A stretch of 64,000 nt of DNA from Chloroflexota bacterium (lineage in GTDB: Bacteria; Chloroflexota; UBA5177; JANWHV01). The notes under the pieces were generated by a model, which did no database searches, was not told the DNA's origin, and worked only from the letters and a program-made list of their open reading frames with translations. The stretch is from the NCBI GenBank assembly GCA_036559345.1, contig DATBTL010000246.1, positions 2,657 to 66,656 on the forward strand, given 5' to 3'. This document shows, piece after piece, positions 28,940 through 37,566 of the stretch. Every line of letters starts with the position of its first letter. Positions within the stretch are counted from its first letter, which is position 1. Position numbers and translations under genes: made by a program.

Positions 28940-30229
28940 ATGACCTTGGGGACGATGCGCAGCCAGGAGCTTTACGAACAGGTGCGGGATAGAGTACCGG
29001 GCGGGGTCCATTCCAACACCCGCGCCCGCGCGCCGCATCCGCTGTATTTCCGCCAGGCGATGGGGCCGTATCTGATTGATATTGACGACAACCGCTATAC
29101 CGATTTCGTGTGTGGGAACGGGGCCATTATTCTCGGCCATGGCGATCCGGACGTAACGGCGGCGGTGCGAGCCGCCCTGGCGGACGGCGTGACCACGGGG
29201 AGCGAGACGCGCTGGTCCGTCCAGGCCGCCGAGTTGCTCTTGGCCTGTGTCCCGACAGCCGAGATGGTCCGGTTCGCCAATAGTGGGACCGAGGCCGTGA
29301 TACACGCGCTCGAAATCGCGAGGGCCGTGACGGGGCGGAACCGGATTGCCAAGGTGGAAGGGGCATACCATGGTTGGCATAGCGATGTCTATGTTTCCGC
29401 GTGGCCGGATCTCTCACAAGCAGGGCCGGCGGAGCGGCCGCTGCCGGTCGTGACCCACCGGGGGGCCGACGCGGAGCAGAGCCGGCGGACCCTGATTCTC
29501 CCGTTCAATGACCTCGAGGCGACGCGGAAACTGCTTGCCGACCATGGTCATGAGCTGGCCGCTCTCATTATCGAGCCGGTGATGATGGACATCGGCTACA
29601 TCGAAGCTACCCAGGAGTATATAGACACGCTGCGGGAGCTTACCGCCAAACAAGGCATCCTGCTAATCTTCGACGAGTTATTGACCGGTTTCCGGGTCAT
29701 GCCGGGCGGGGCCCAGGAGTATTATGGCGTCACCCCCGATCTGTCGACCTTTGGGAAGGCTATCGCGAACGGCTATCCTCTGGCGTGCGTGACCGGTCGG
29801 CGCGACTTCCTGATGGCCAGCGCGCCGGGCGGCGCCTGTGCCTGGGTCGGCACCTATAACGCGCATACGGTGAGCATGGCGGCGGCGGTGGCCAGCCTGA
29901 CCAAACTTCAGGAGCCAAGGACCTGGGCTCGGCTTCAGGAGCTTACCGAATATCTTGAAGTCACCTTTGTCCGGCGTGCCTCCCAATTAGGCATCCCGGC
30001 CATTCTTCGCGGGCGCGGCGGCAATTTTCATTGGTACTTCGCCGCTGGGCCGGTAACGGACTATCGGACGGCGGCCGCCGCGAACCGCGAGATGCACGCC
30101 GCCTTCGCGGCCCGCGCCCTGGAGCGCGGGGTCTGGCTGTCCGCCGGGGCGCTCTCGCATCATTCGCTTACCCTGGCCCACGACCGGGCCCATCTTGATC
30201 GATTCAGCGACTGCCTGGGCGATCAGTAG
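28940..30229 (+). CDS. Class III (HemL/GSA-aminomutase-like) pyridoxal-phosphate aminotransferase
   Basis: Trimmed to ATG 28940. VPGGVHSNTR, NSGTEAV, EGAYHGW and FDELLTGFR motifs. Confidence 0.9.
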   Translation: MTLGTMRSQELYEQVRDRVPGGVHSNTRARAPHPLYFRQAMGPYLIDIDDNRYTDFVCGNGAIILGHGDPDVTAAVRAALADGVTTGSETRWSVQAAELLLACVPTAEMVRFANSGTEAVIHALEIARAVTGRNRIAKVEGAYHGWHSDVYVSAWPDLSQAGPAERPLPVVTHRGADAEQSRRTLILPFNDLEATRKLLADHGHELAALIIEPVMMDIGYIEATQEYIDTLRELTAKQGILLIFDELLTGFRVMPGGAQEYYGVTPDLSTFGKAIANGYPLACVTGRRDFLMASAPGGACAWVGTYNAHTVSMAAAVASLTKLQEPRTWARLQELTEYLEVTFVRRASQLGIPAILRGRGGNFHWYFAAGPVTDYRTAAAANREMHAAFAARALERGVWLSAGALSHHSLTLAHDRAHLDRFSDCLGDQ

Positions 30230-30314
30230 ACGATACCTACTCGCGGCCTAACGGTCGCGGGCACCACGTCACCATAGCTATCGGACGGCTCGGAGCGCCG
30301 GCCAAGGAGGAAGC

Positions 30315-31508
30315 ATGCAGCCCTCGATCCAGATCAGCCGCGCCGAGTTTGACGCGCGAGCCGCCCTTTTGCTCGATCATCTCCGGGCGGAAAACCTGGA
30401 CGGCACCGTGCTCTTCGATAATTTCCACATCCTGTATTGCACGGGGTTCGCCTTCTTCCCCACCGAACGGCCAATCGCCTTCATTATGAACCGGTCGGGA
30501 GAGAAAGCGCTCTTCGTGCCCAGTCTGGAGGTCGAGCACGCGCGGATCCAGACCGGTTTCGCTCGGGTTGATCACTACGTCGAATATCCCTACGACCCTC
30601 ATCCGATGGAGGTGCTCAAGACCACGCTTACCACGATGGGCGTGACGGACCGGGTCGGCGCCGACCTCGATGGCTACCCCGCGATCCTGGGTTACCGCGG
30701 GCCGTCGCTGACCAGGTTGTTGGGAAATCCAGTGATCCCAGTCGGCGACTTCATCGAGGATTTGATGATGGTGAAAAGCGCCGCCGAACAGGCGCTCATT
30801 CGCGAGAGCGTCAAGTGGGCCAATCTGGCGCACCGACTGTTGCAGCGATACACGCGGGTGGGGGCGACGGAGACAGAGGTAAGCTTGCGCGCCGGCCACG
30901 AGGCGACGCTGGCCATGATCGACACCCTGGGATCCTTGTATCGGGCCCAGAGCATGTTTTGGGAAGGCGCCGGCGCGATCTACCGGGGCCAGGTCGGGCG
31001 GCATTCGGCGATTCCCCACGCGATGGCCAACAACGTGGTCTTTCAACCGGGTGACGTGCTGGTCTCCGGCACGCTGGCCCCACTGTGGGGCTACAACTCC
31101 GAGATCGAGCGGACCATGATTATCGGACCCGCGTCACCCGAGCAGCAACGTTTGTTCGGACACATGAAGACAGCGCAGGAGGTGGCCTTCGACGCGCTCA
31201 GGCCGGGAGCGACCTGCGCCGACGTGGATCGCGCCGTACGCGTCTATTACGAGGAACATGATCTGATGCGCTACTGGAAGCATCATTCCGGGCACGGAAT
31301 AGGGCTGCGCAATCATGAGGGACCGTTCCTGGATATCGGCGATCATACGGTGCTGAAGCCGGGCATGGTGTTCGCGGTCGAGCCAGGTCTCTACGCGCCC
31401 GAGCTGGGCGGCTTCCGCCACTCCGACACGGTACTGATCACGGAAGATGGCAGTGAACTGCTCACCTACTACCCCCGCGACCTGGAGAGCCTGACCATTC
31501 CGCTGTGA
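30315..31508 (+). CDS. M24 family metallohydrolase (Xaa-Pro peptidase / creatinase / ectoine-hydrolase fold)
   Basis: Creatinase-like N-domain plus pita-bread domain: HHSGHGIGLRNHEGP, VEPGLY. AAGGAGGAAG RBS. Confidence 0.9.
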   Translation: MQPSIQISRAEFDARAALLLDHLRAENLDGTVLFDNFHILYCTGFAFFPTERPIAFIMNRSGEKALFVPSLEVEHARIQTGFARVDHYVEYPYDPHPMEVLKTTLTTMGVTDRVGADLDGYPAILGYRGPSLTRLLGNPVIPVGDFIEDLMMVKSAAEQALIRESVKWANLAHRLLQRYTRVGATETEVSLRAGHEATLAMIDTLGSLYRAQSMFWEGAGAIYRGQVGRHSAIPHAMANNVVFQPGDVLVSGTLAPLWGYNSEIERTMIIGPASPEQQRLFGHMKTAQEVAFDALRPGATCADVDRAVRVYYEEHDLMRYWKHHSGHGIGLRNHEGPFLDIGDHTVLKPGMVFAVEPGLYAPELGGFRHSDTVLITEDGSELLTYYPRDLESLTIPL

Positions 31509-32179
31509 TCGGCTGGGCCTGTGTAGGCGCCATCAAGCGAGCGGCGATCCGCTCCCGATGATCAGGAGTTGGGCACCCGGAGATCACCTTTTTGGACCCT
31601 ATTGCGTCGAGTTCTGACTACCGTTTTGGAGACGAGGCGGCATGCAAGCCGTTAGCTGGATGTTTCCCTCCAGCTGGCACGGTCTCGCGGCGCTCGGTAC
31701 GACCCAGGTCTCGCGTGCCCGCAATTCACTCGCGCCGGCCGCCGAATGAAGCTGCCCGGCGCCGCGTTCCACGACCAGGATCGAGAAGCCTCTAAGCTGA
31801 TCCAGCGGCCGCCTCCCATGTGCCAGGACACGAAATACCTGGAAGTATGGCTCGGTCGACGTATCGAATAAGAGGCCCTAACACAACCTATTCGAGATAG
31901 TTGAAGCAGATCAGAGCGGCAGCCAAGCGGAGGAAGGCTTCGTGGATGTCTGCCCGACGCTCATGGCGCGCCGCGAGCCGATCTGGCGCGGATCAAGAAC
32001 CTGGAGGGCGTGCCCAAGCTGCGTGCTCCGGAGGCAAACCGCGTCATCGGAGAGGGATACACATTCCGACCGGAGCTTTGACGGATGGGTGCGGTCCTGG
32101 CTCTTCTGGAAGGGCGCCATTCGGTGATACGGTTAGAGATTAAGCCGACTGGTCTATTGCCTCTTGGTACCCTAGAAGT

Positions 32180-33321
32180 ATGAGCACAGCCCCGCAGGTG
32201 CATTTTGCGACCCTCGATGCAGTCCTGGAACGGATCACCTACGCCAATGAGGAGACCGGCTATACCGTCGCCCGCGTCGCCACCGCACAGGGCGGCAGTG
32301 GCCTGCTTACCGTGGTCGGCTCCCTGCTTGGCGCACAGCCGGGCGAGAGTCTCCGCCTGCGCGGTGTCTGGAAGTCGCATCCACAGTGGTGCTGGGCTTG
32401 GGATCCAAGCGCACGTCGATGACCGGTCGGGCCTGGGAGGAACAGAAGGCGATCAAGGAGGTCATGCTCTTTCTCCAGGGGGTGGGAGTGTCCACCTCGC
32501 TCGTCGTGCGCATCTATAAGACCTACAGGGACGCCAGTATCTCCGTGGCCAAGAACGAGCCCTACAAGCTGGCCGGAGATGTGTGGGCCATCGGCTTCAA
32601 GACCGTCGACACGATTGCGCAGGCGATGGGCATCCCGCACGATAGCCCCCCAACGGGTCAAGGTGGGACTCCAGTTCACGCTTTCGGAGGCCAGCAACGA
32701 AGGTCACTACTATCTCCCGCAAGCCGCCCTGATCGCCACCGCAACGGCGATTCTCACCGTGGAGTCGGTGCTTGTCGAGACCTGCCTGACGGATCTCTCG
32801 GAGGAGGAAGGGGTAATCACGGAGTATCTCCCAGGCCCTGCGGGCGGCGCGACAATCCCGGCCGTCTACCTGGTGCCGTTCTACCGCGCCGAGGTGTCAT
32901 TGGCGCACGGACTCCGCCGTCTGCTGCAGGCATCGACCGAGCGCTTACCGACTTTTCAGCGTGTGGACTGGGAGGCGGCTATGACATGGTTGCAGCGTAC
33001 GACCAGGAGCACGCTGGCGCCCGAACAGGGCGCGGCAGTCCGTCTGGCCCTGACCGAGAAGGTGGCGGTGCTCACTGGCGGCCCGGGCTGTGCGAAGAGC
33101 TTCACCGTGCGCTCCATTGTCACCCTGGCCCGGGCGAAACGGGCCAGGGTCGTCCTCGTCGCGCCGCCAAACGCCTTGCCGAACTCGCGGGCATGGAAGC
33201 CGCGATGCTGCACCGGCTGCTCCAGTTGCGGCCGGGCGGGCCACCGTACTGGTCCACCGCTCCAGTTGCGGCGCCGTGTCACCGGCGAGGCGAGGACGTG
33301 ATCGGGCCCCTGCGGCGGTGA
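32180..33321 (+). pseudogene. RecD2-like SF1 helicase pseudogene (frameshifted, internally deleted, 3'-truncated)
   Basis: The RecD2 N-terminus ERITYANEETGYTVARV..LLTVVGSL..GESLRLRGVWKSHPQW continues in other frames: WEEQKAIKEVMLFLQGVGVS..., then ...LTGGPGCAKSF, then RRAAKRLAELAGMEAAMLHRLLQL. At least three frame changes; helicase motifs beyond motif I/Ia are missing. Confidence 0.75.
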
Positions 33322-33358
33322 CGCGGGCGACCATGCTACAGCGCTGCTTAACCGGAGA

Positions 33359-33374
33359 TGTCGGATTTCCGACA
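33359..33374. promoter_or_regulatory. 16-bp palindrome TGTCGGATTTCCGACA (candidate parS, copy 1)
   Basis: 7-bp perfect arms. It is the exact reverse complement of the copy at 35537. Lies 109 nt upstream of parA. Confidence 0.45.
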
Positions 33375-33431
33375 GCATCTGACCCTTTTTGCACGGGATA
33401 CCGCTCGGGCCAGGGCGAAAATCCATGCATC

Positions 33432-33440
33432 TTGTCCACA
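33432..33440 (+). promoter_or_regulatory. DnaA-box-like 9-mer TTGTCCACA
   Basis: Exact match to the high-GC (actinobacterial-type) DnaA box form. A single copy, so chance occurrence is possible. Confidence 0.25.
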
Positions 33441-33482
33441 AACCCCTGGCAATACTCAACCACCACGCGTATAGTTTCTTCC

Positions 33483-34415
33483 ATGACTGCACAAGAAGGT
33501 AGGGTGTCGCGCGCTGGGACGACCGAACTCCTGAGTACGGCGAATGTCGCCGAGGCCCTGACCATCAGTCGGTCTCGCGTCCTGGCGCTCATACGCGGCC
33601 AACGGCTCCCAGCAATCAAGATAGGCCGTGAATGGCTGATCGAGAAAGCGGACTTGGGTATGGTGACTGAGCGACACGTTGGCAGACCACGGGCCGTGAT
33701 CTCCGAGCCCCCGGCGCCCAGGAAACCGGCGGGGCTGCCTGGGCAGGCGTCCAGTCCGCGCCCTGCCGCCTCTCCAGGGGCTCACCTAAGGCCGCGGACC
33801 ACCTATACGCTCGCGATCGGCGCCCAGAAAGGCGGGGTTGCCAAAACCACTACTACCCTCTATCTTGCCGCGCGCGCGGCGGCGCATTTTGGCAGCACGC
33901 CGGAACACCCAACCGTATGTATCCTGGATCGCGACGAAGCTCAGAATCTCTCGGTCCTTGCGCGCCTCGATCCAGACGTGATCGCGCCCGGTGTACGCTT
34001 ACTGGAGGGAAGCAATGTCCCCGCGCCGGCGCAGGGCTATCGCATGGTCCTCGTCGACACGCCGCCCGGGCTCGCGGCCCTGGATGCGTTGCGGGACGCT
34101 GACCTTCTGGTCGTGCCAGTGCTGGCGGAAAAGCAGGGGGTGGCCAACCTCTCGCAGTATCTGCGCCTGATCGAGGGACTGCGCCGCACGACCAATCCGC
34201 GGTTGCGATTGCTGGCCGTGCTCCCCACTATCGTGGAAAAGCGCAATGCCTTGCACCGCGATATGCTTGAGCTTATCGGACAGATTGCCGCCCAGCACTA
34301 CGCGCCGCTCCATGTGCTTCCCCCTATCCCGCGGGCGAATAGCATCGCGCGTGTCGATTTGCGCGCCACGGGGTATGACGCCGCTGCGAAGGAACTCTTC
34401 GATGCCCTCGGCTAA
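33483..34415 (+). CDS. parA: ParA-family partition ATPase with N-terminal excisionase/MerR-type HTH
   Basis: ORF 33090..34415 trimmed to ATG 33483. HTH LLSTANVAEALTISRSRVLALIRGQRLPAIKIGREWLI, then a Pro-rich linker, then deviant Walker A AQKGGVAKTT and Walker B MVLVDTPP. Confidence 0.9.
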   Translation: MTAQEGRVSRAGTTELLSTANVAEALTISRSRVLALIRGQRLPAIKIGREWLIEKADLGMVTERHVGRPRAVISEPPAPRKPAGLPGQASSPRPAASPGAHLRPRTTYTLAIGAQKGGVAKTTTTLYLAARAAAHFGSTPEHPTVCILDRDEAQNLSVLARLDPDVIAPGVRLLEGSNVPAPAQGYRMVLVDTPPGLAALDALRDADLLVVPVLAEKQGVANLSQYLRLIEGLRRTTNPRLRLLAVLPTIVEKRNALHRDMLELIGQIAAQHYAPLHVLPPIPRANSIARVDLRATGYDAAAKELFDALG

Positions 34416-35535
34416 GAGGCGGCGGGAAATCCAGTTCGCCGCTGATCTCCTGGGCGACGATCAGGGTGGCACACCATACGACAACGACGTCAAGGCAGCG
34501 GAGGGGTCGTTTCAGCGCATGGCCGACGCCTACCTGATTCCCATTCAGCGCCTCTCACCCAACCCCAACAACCCGCGACGCCAGATTACTCATCTTGAGG
34601 AACTGGCGGCGTCCATCGCCGAGACCGGACATGTGCTGCAAAACCTGGTAGTGCGCCGGCATCCCGACAACGCCGGATTCTACATCGTCACCGCCGGCAG
34701 CCGCCGCCTCGGGGCCGTGCAATTGTTGAATGATGGCGGTGTGCCCGGAGTGAGCGTCCATATCGACGCCCTACCCTGCGTGATCGAGGAAAGGTCGGCG
34801 GATCAAACCTATCTCGACGCATTGACCGAGAACGCCGCCCGGGAGGATCTTACCCGGGCCGAGCTCATGGATGCCGTCCTCTATATCAGCCGCGCCTACC
34901 GCTTCTCCGCCCGTGAAATCGCCAGGCGTATCGGGCGCCATCACTCAGACATCTCCGAATTGCTCGGCGTGGCGCGCGACGAGGAAGTGGCGACCCTTGT
35001 ACGAAGTGAGGTCATCAACACCAGCGTCGGCGCCGCCATTGCAAAGCAACCGCCGCCAGCGCGGCAGGAGATCCTGGCCGCCGTTCGGCAGCGGCATATA
35101 CGCACGGCGGCCGACGTAGCTCGCCTGGCAGCCAGGGTGACCCACAACGGCCTGCCGCCACGATCACCCGACTTCCCCGAATGGGATGGCGTCCCGGTCG
35201 CCCATCCCGGCCAGGATGCGGACGAGCCGGCCACGGTCTTTGTAACGCCCGTTGACACGAGCGCCAGGAACGCCGGCGTCCCCAACCAGAATCAACCGCA
35301 CGAAATCGAGCACTCCGCGCAATATCATGTAGGTCGTGGCGCCGCCGAGGCGCGCGCGGCGGCCCGGGACGGACTGCGCCGGGTCGCGCGCTTCCCGGAC
35401 CCTGAATTCCAGGCAGTACTCGACCTCCTTGCCTACGGCAGGGCATATCATCTGCAATGGCAGGTAGCCTTGCAGGAACTGCTGCAAGAGCGCGGCATGG
35501 TTGAACGAGAGCAACGTGCTGATGGGCCAAGCTGA
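34402..35535 (+). CDS. parB: ParB-family partition protein
   Basis: Trimmed to ATG 34402, overlapping the parA stop. IPIQRLSPNPNNPRRQ and VTAGSRRLGA (ParB box II-like GxxR), followed by HTH FSAREIARRIGRHHSDISELL. Confidence 0.9.
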   Translation: MPSAKRRREIQFAADLLGDDQGGTPYDNDVKAAEGSFQRMADAYLIPIQRLSPNPNNPRRQITHLEELAASIAETGHVLQNLVVRRHPDNAGFYIVTAGSRRLGAVQLLNDGGVPGVSVHIDALPCVIEERSADQTYLDALTENAAREDLTRAELMDAVLYISRAYRFSAREIARRIGRHHSDISELLGVARDEEVATLVRSEVINTSVGAAIAKQPPPARQEILAAVRQRHIRTAADVARLAARVTHNGLPPRSPDFPEWDGVPVAHPGQDADEPATVFVTPVDTSARNAGVPNQNQPHEIEHSAQYHVGRGAAEARAAARDGLRRVARFPDPEFQAVLDLLAYGRAYHLQWQVALQELLQERGMVEREQRADGPS

Positions 35536-35536
35536 G

Positions 35537-35552
35537 TGTCGGAAATCCGACA
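35537..35552. promoter_or_regulatory. 16-bp palindrome TGTCGGAAATCCGACA (candidate parS, copy 2)
   Basis: Begins 2 nt after the parB stop codon. Extends to 18 bp as GTGTCGGAAATCCGACAC. Confidence 0.45.
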
Positions 35553-35738
35553 CCACCCTCATGTTTCTACAGGGGGTGCGCCATGGTATCGACACCGACA
35601 ACCGAGGTGAAGGTCGGACGGCGTGGTAGAAAGCATGAATTGCCAGCACGGGGCACCAGGCGCATGCGCCGATCCATCGGAATCAGAACCCCTTTGAGAC
35701 TAGCAAGGTGGATTGGCTGAAGCGGGAAGGCTGCCGGG

Positions 35739-37556
35739 ATGGCTGAGGAAGATAACGGCCCACACACTGCCCATGAGGCGCGGATGGCCCTCGATTATGC
35801 TCGCGATCTCCTGAGAACGGCGGCAGCGGGGACTACCAAGGGCGGGTTGGGCGCCTTTCGCTCTGAGTTGGATCGCGCGCAAGAACAGCTCGCCACGGAT
35901 CCGGATGGCGCCCGTGCTCACGTCGATGCCGTGCTGGAGGCACTGGAGCAATTGGGGCTGCCGGGCAGTCATTCCGTGGACATGCTCGACGTGTTCTTCG
36001 CTCAATGGCGATCGTACGTCACCTTACGGGAGCAGCGGGGCGCACTTGCCGGCGATCCATGGCACAATGCGATGCTGTTCATCTGGACGGAGGACGGCGA
36101 GCCCCCACGCGAGAATTCCTTGCATATTCTCACCTGCCGCCTGCCTGGCGGGGACGAGCCGCCGTTTGTCCTCCCAACCAAGTTGCAAAAGAAGACCAGC
36201 CAGGAGCTCCTGCCCTGGATGACCTGGCGAGCGGATCAGCAGCCCGAGCTACAAGCCCTACAGCGGCCAGTCACGCGGTATGTGGCGCTCTACGTACGGG
36301 GTGAGCAACTCTGCTGGGACGCCTCGCCCGACTACCCCCTGTGCGACGAAGCGCCCGATGTGCGGACCCTGATGCTGCCGCCACGTCGGTGGGGCGAGCT
36401 TGCCGCGCTGCCGCCGGGAGAAGCGCCACGACCGACGCTCCCCGCACCGACACATCCATCCGCGCGTCCCGCCATGCCGGCCCCCTCAATCCTGGATCAA
36501 GATAATGTCGCCATCGGTTCGAGTACGCTCCTACCCCACACCTTCCGCGCCATGCGTATGCCTGGCCGATGGATGCGCCCCGGCAACGGCAATCCGCCGT
36601 ATTACGAGGAACTGCATGAGGGGGTAGCAGAGGCTGATCGGGTCAAAGTGCTGCTCCACCCGTCCGATGGCCGGAGCCCCTTGACTCCCGAGCAGGAAGC
36701 GGCGGCCTATGAGGCCGTGCTCGGTCTGGACGACGATAAGGTGCGCGCCTTCGCCATCGCGCTTGGCTCCTGGTTTGCCGGCACCGGCGGCGGTGACGCG
36801 CACATGCCCAAGGTCACGGTGACAGCCAACGCACTGCTGGAATTCCAGGGGGTCAAGCGCAACAAGGGCGCGTATAGACCAGCACAAAAGGAGAAGGTGG
36901 CCAATGATGTCTGGGCGCTGAATTCCATCTTCATTCGCGGGCCACAGGTCGTGTACGATGCGCGCGGTCGCCGCAAGATCGTAAAGGTGCGCTCCCGCCT
37001 GCTTGAGGTGGCGCAGGAGGACGAAACCAACCTACTGGGGGAGGACACTCCCTATGCCTTCCGCATCGCGCCGGGTGAGTGGATCAAACCACTGATTGAG
37101 GAAGGTACCCGCTACGTGGCTGTGTTGCTCTCTCCCGTCCTGCGCTACAACCCCAGACAGGGCGTGGAGTTGATCGCCATGCGCATTGGTCTTCATCTGG
37201 CCCTGCATTGGCGGTTCCGAGCGGCACAGGGCAATTTCGACCAGCCATGGAATATGACAACCCTGTTGGAGAGCACCGGGATTGAGATTCCGACGCACCG
37301 AGAACAGCGCAGGCGATTGATCGAGAACTTCGAGCGGGCCATGGACCGCCTGCGGGAGGACGGCGTGCTGGCAAGTTGGGAATACGTGCGCCTGGTGATG
37401 GAGGTGAATCCCACGGCCGTGTTCGCCGAGTGGATCACCCGCACGGTGCGCGTGATGCCGCCCCGGGCGGTGACCGATCAGTACGCGGGCATTGCCAGGC
37501 GGCATCGCTTAGAGGTGGCGGCGAGTAAGCGCCGTGCGCCGCGACAGACGGTTTAG
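35739..37556 (+). CDS. Hypothetical 605-aa protein (possible replication-associated protein)
   Basis: Long uninterrupted ORF with a GGGAAGG RBS. No family recognised. A Pro-rich linker (PPGEAPRPTLPAPTHPSARPAMPAP) separates two halves. It ends 10 nt before the first iteron. Confidence 0.75.
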   Translation: MAEEDNGPHTAHEARMALDYARDLLRTAAAGTTKGGLGAFRSELDRAQEQLATDPDGARAHVDAVLEALEQLGLPGSHSVDMLDVFFAQWRSYVTLREQRGALAGDPWHNAMLFIWTEDGEPPRENSLHILTCRLPGGDEPPFVLPTKLQKKTSQELLPWMTWRADQQPELQALQRPVTRYVALYVRGEQLCWDASPDYPLCDEAPDVRTLMLPPRRWGELAALPPGEAPRPTLPAPTHPSARPAMPAPSILDQDNVAIGSSTLLPHTFRAMRMPGRWMRPGNGNPPYYEELHEGVAEADRVKVLLHPSDGRSPLTPEQEAAAYEAVLGLDDDKVRAFAIALGSWFAGTGGGDAHMPKVTVTANALLEFQGVKRNKGAYRPAQKEKVANDVWALNSIFIRGPQVVYDARGRRKIVKVRSRLLEVAQEDETNLLGEDTPYAFRIAPGEWIKPLIEEGTRYVAVLLSPVLRYNPRQGVELIAMRIGLHLALHWRFRAAQGNFDQPWNMTTLLESTGIEIPTHREQRRRLIENFERAMDRLREDGVLASWEYVRLVMEVNPTAVFAEWITRTVRVMPPRAVTDQYAGIARRHRLEVAASKRRAPRQTV

Positions 37557-37566
37557 ACAGTGGTAT

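Noticed and set aside
31539-31554. Hairpin GAGCGG-CGAT-CCGCTC after the M24 hydrolase gene, as an intrinsic terminator
   Set aside because: The stem is only 6 bp and no downstream U tract follows, so it is not convincing as a rho-independent terminator.
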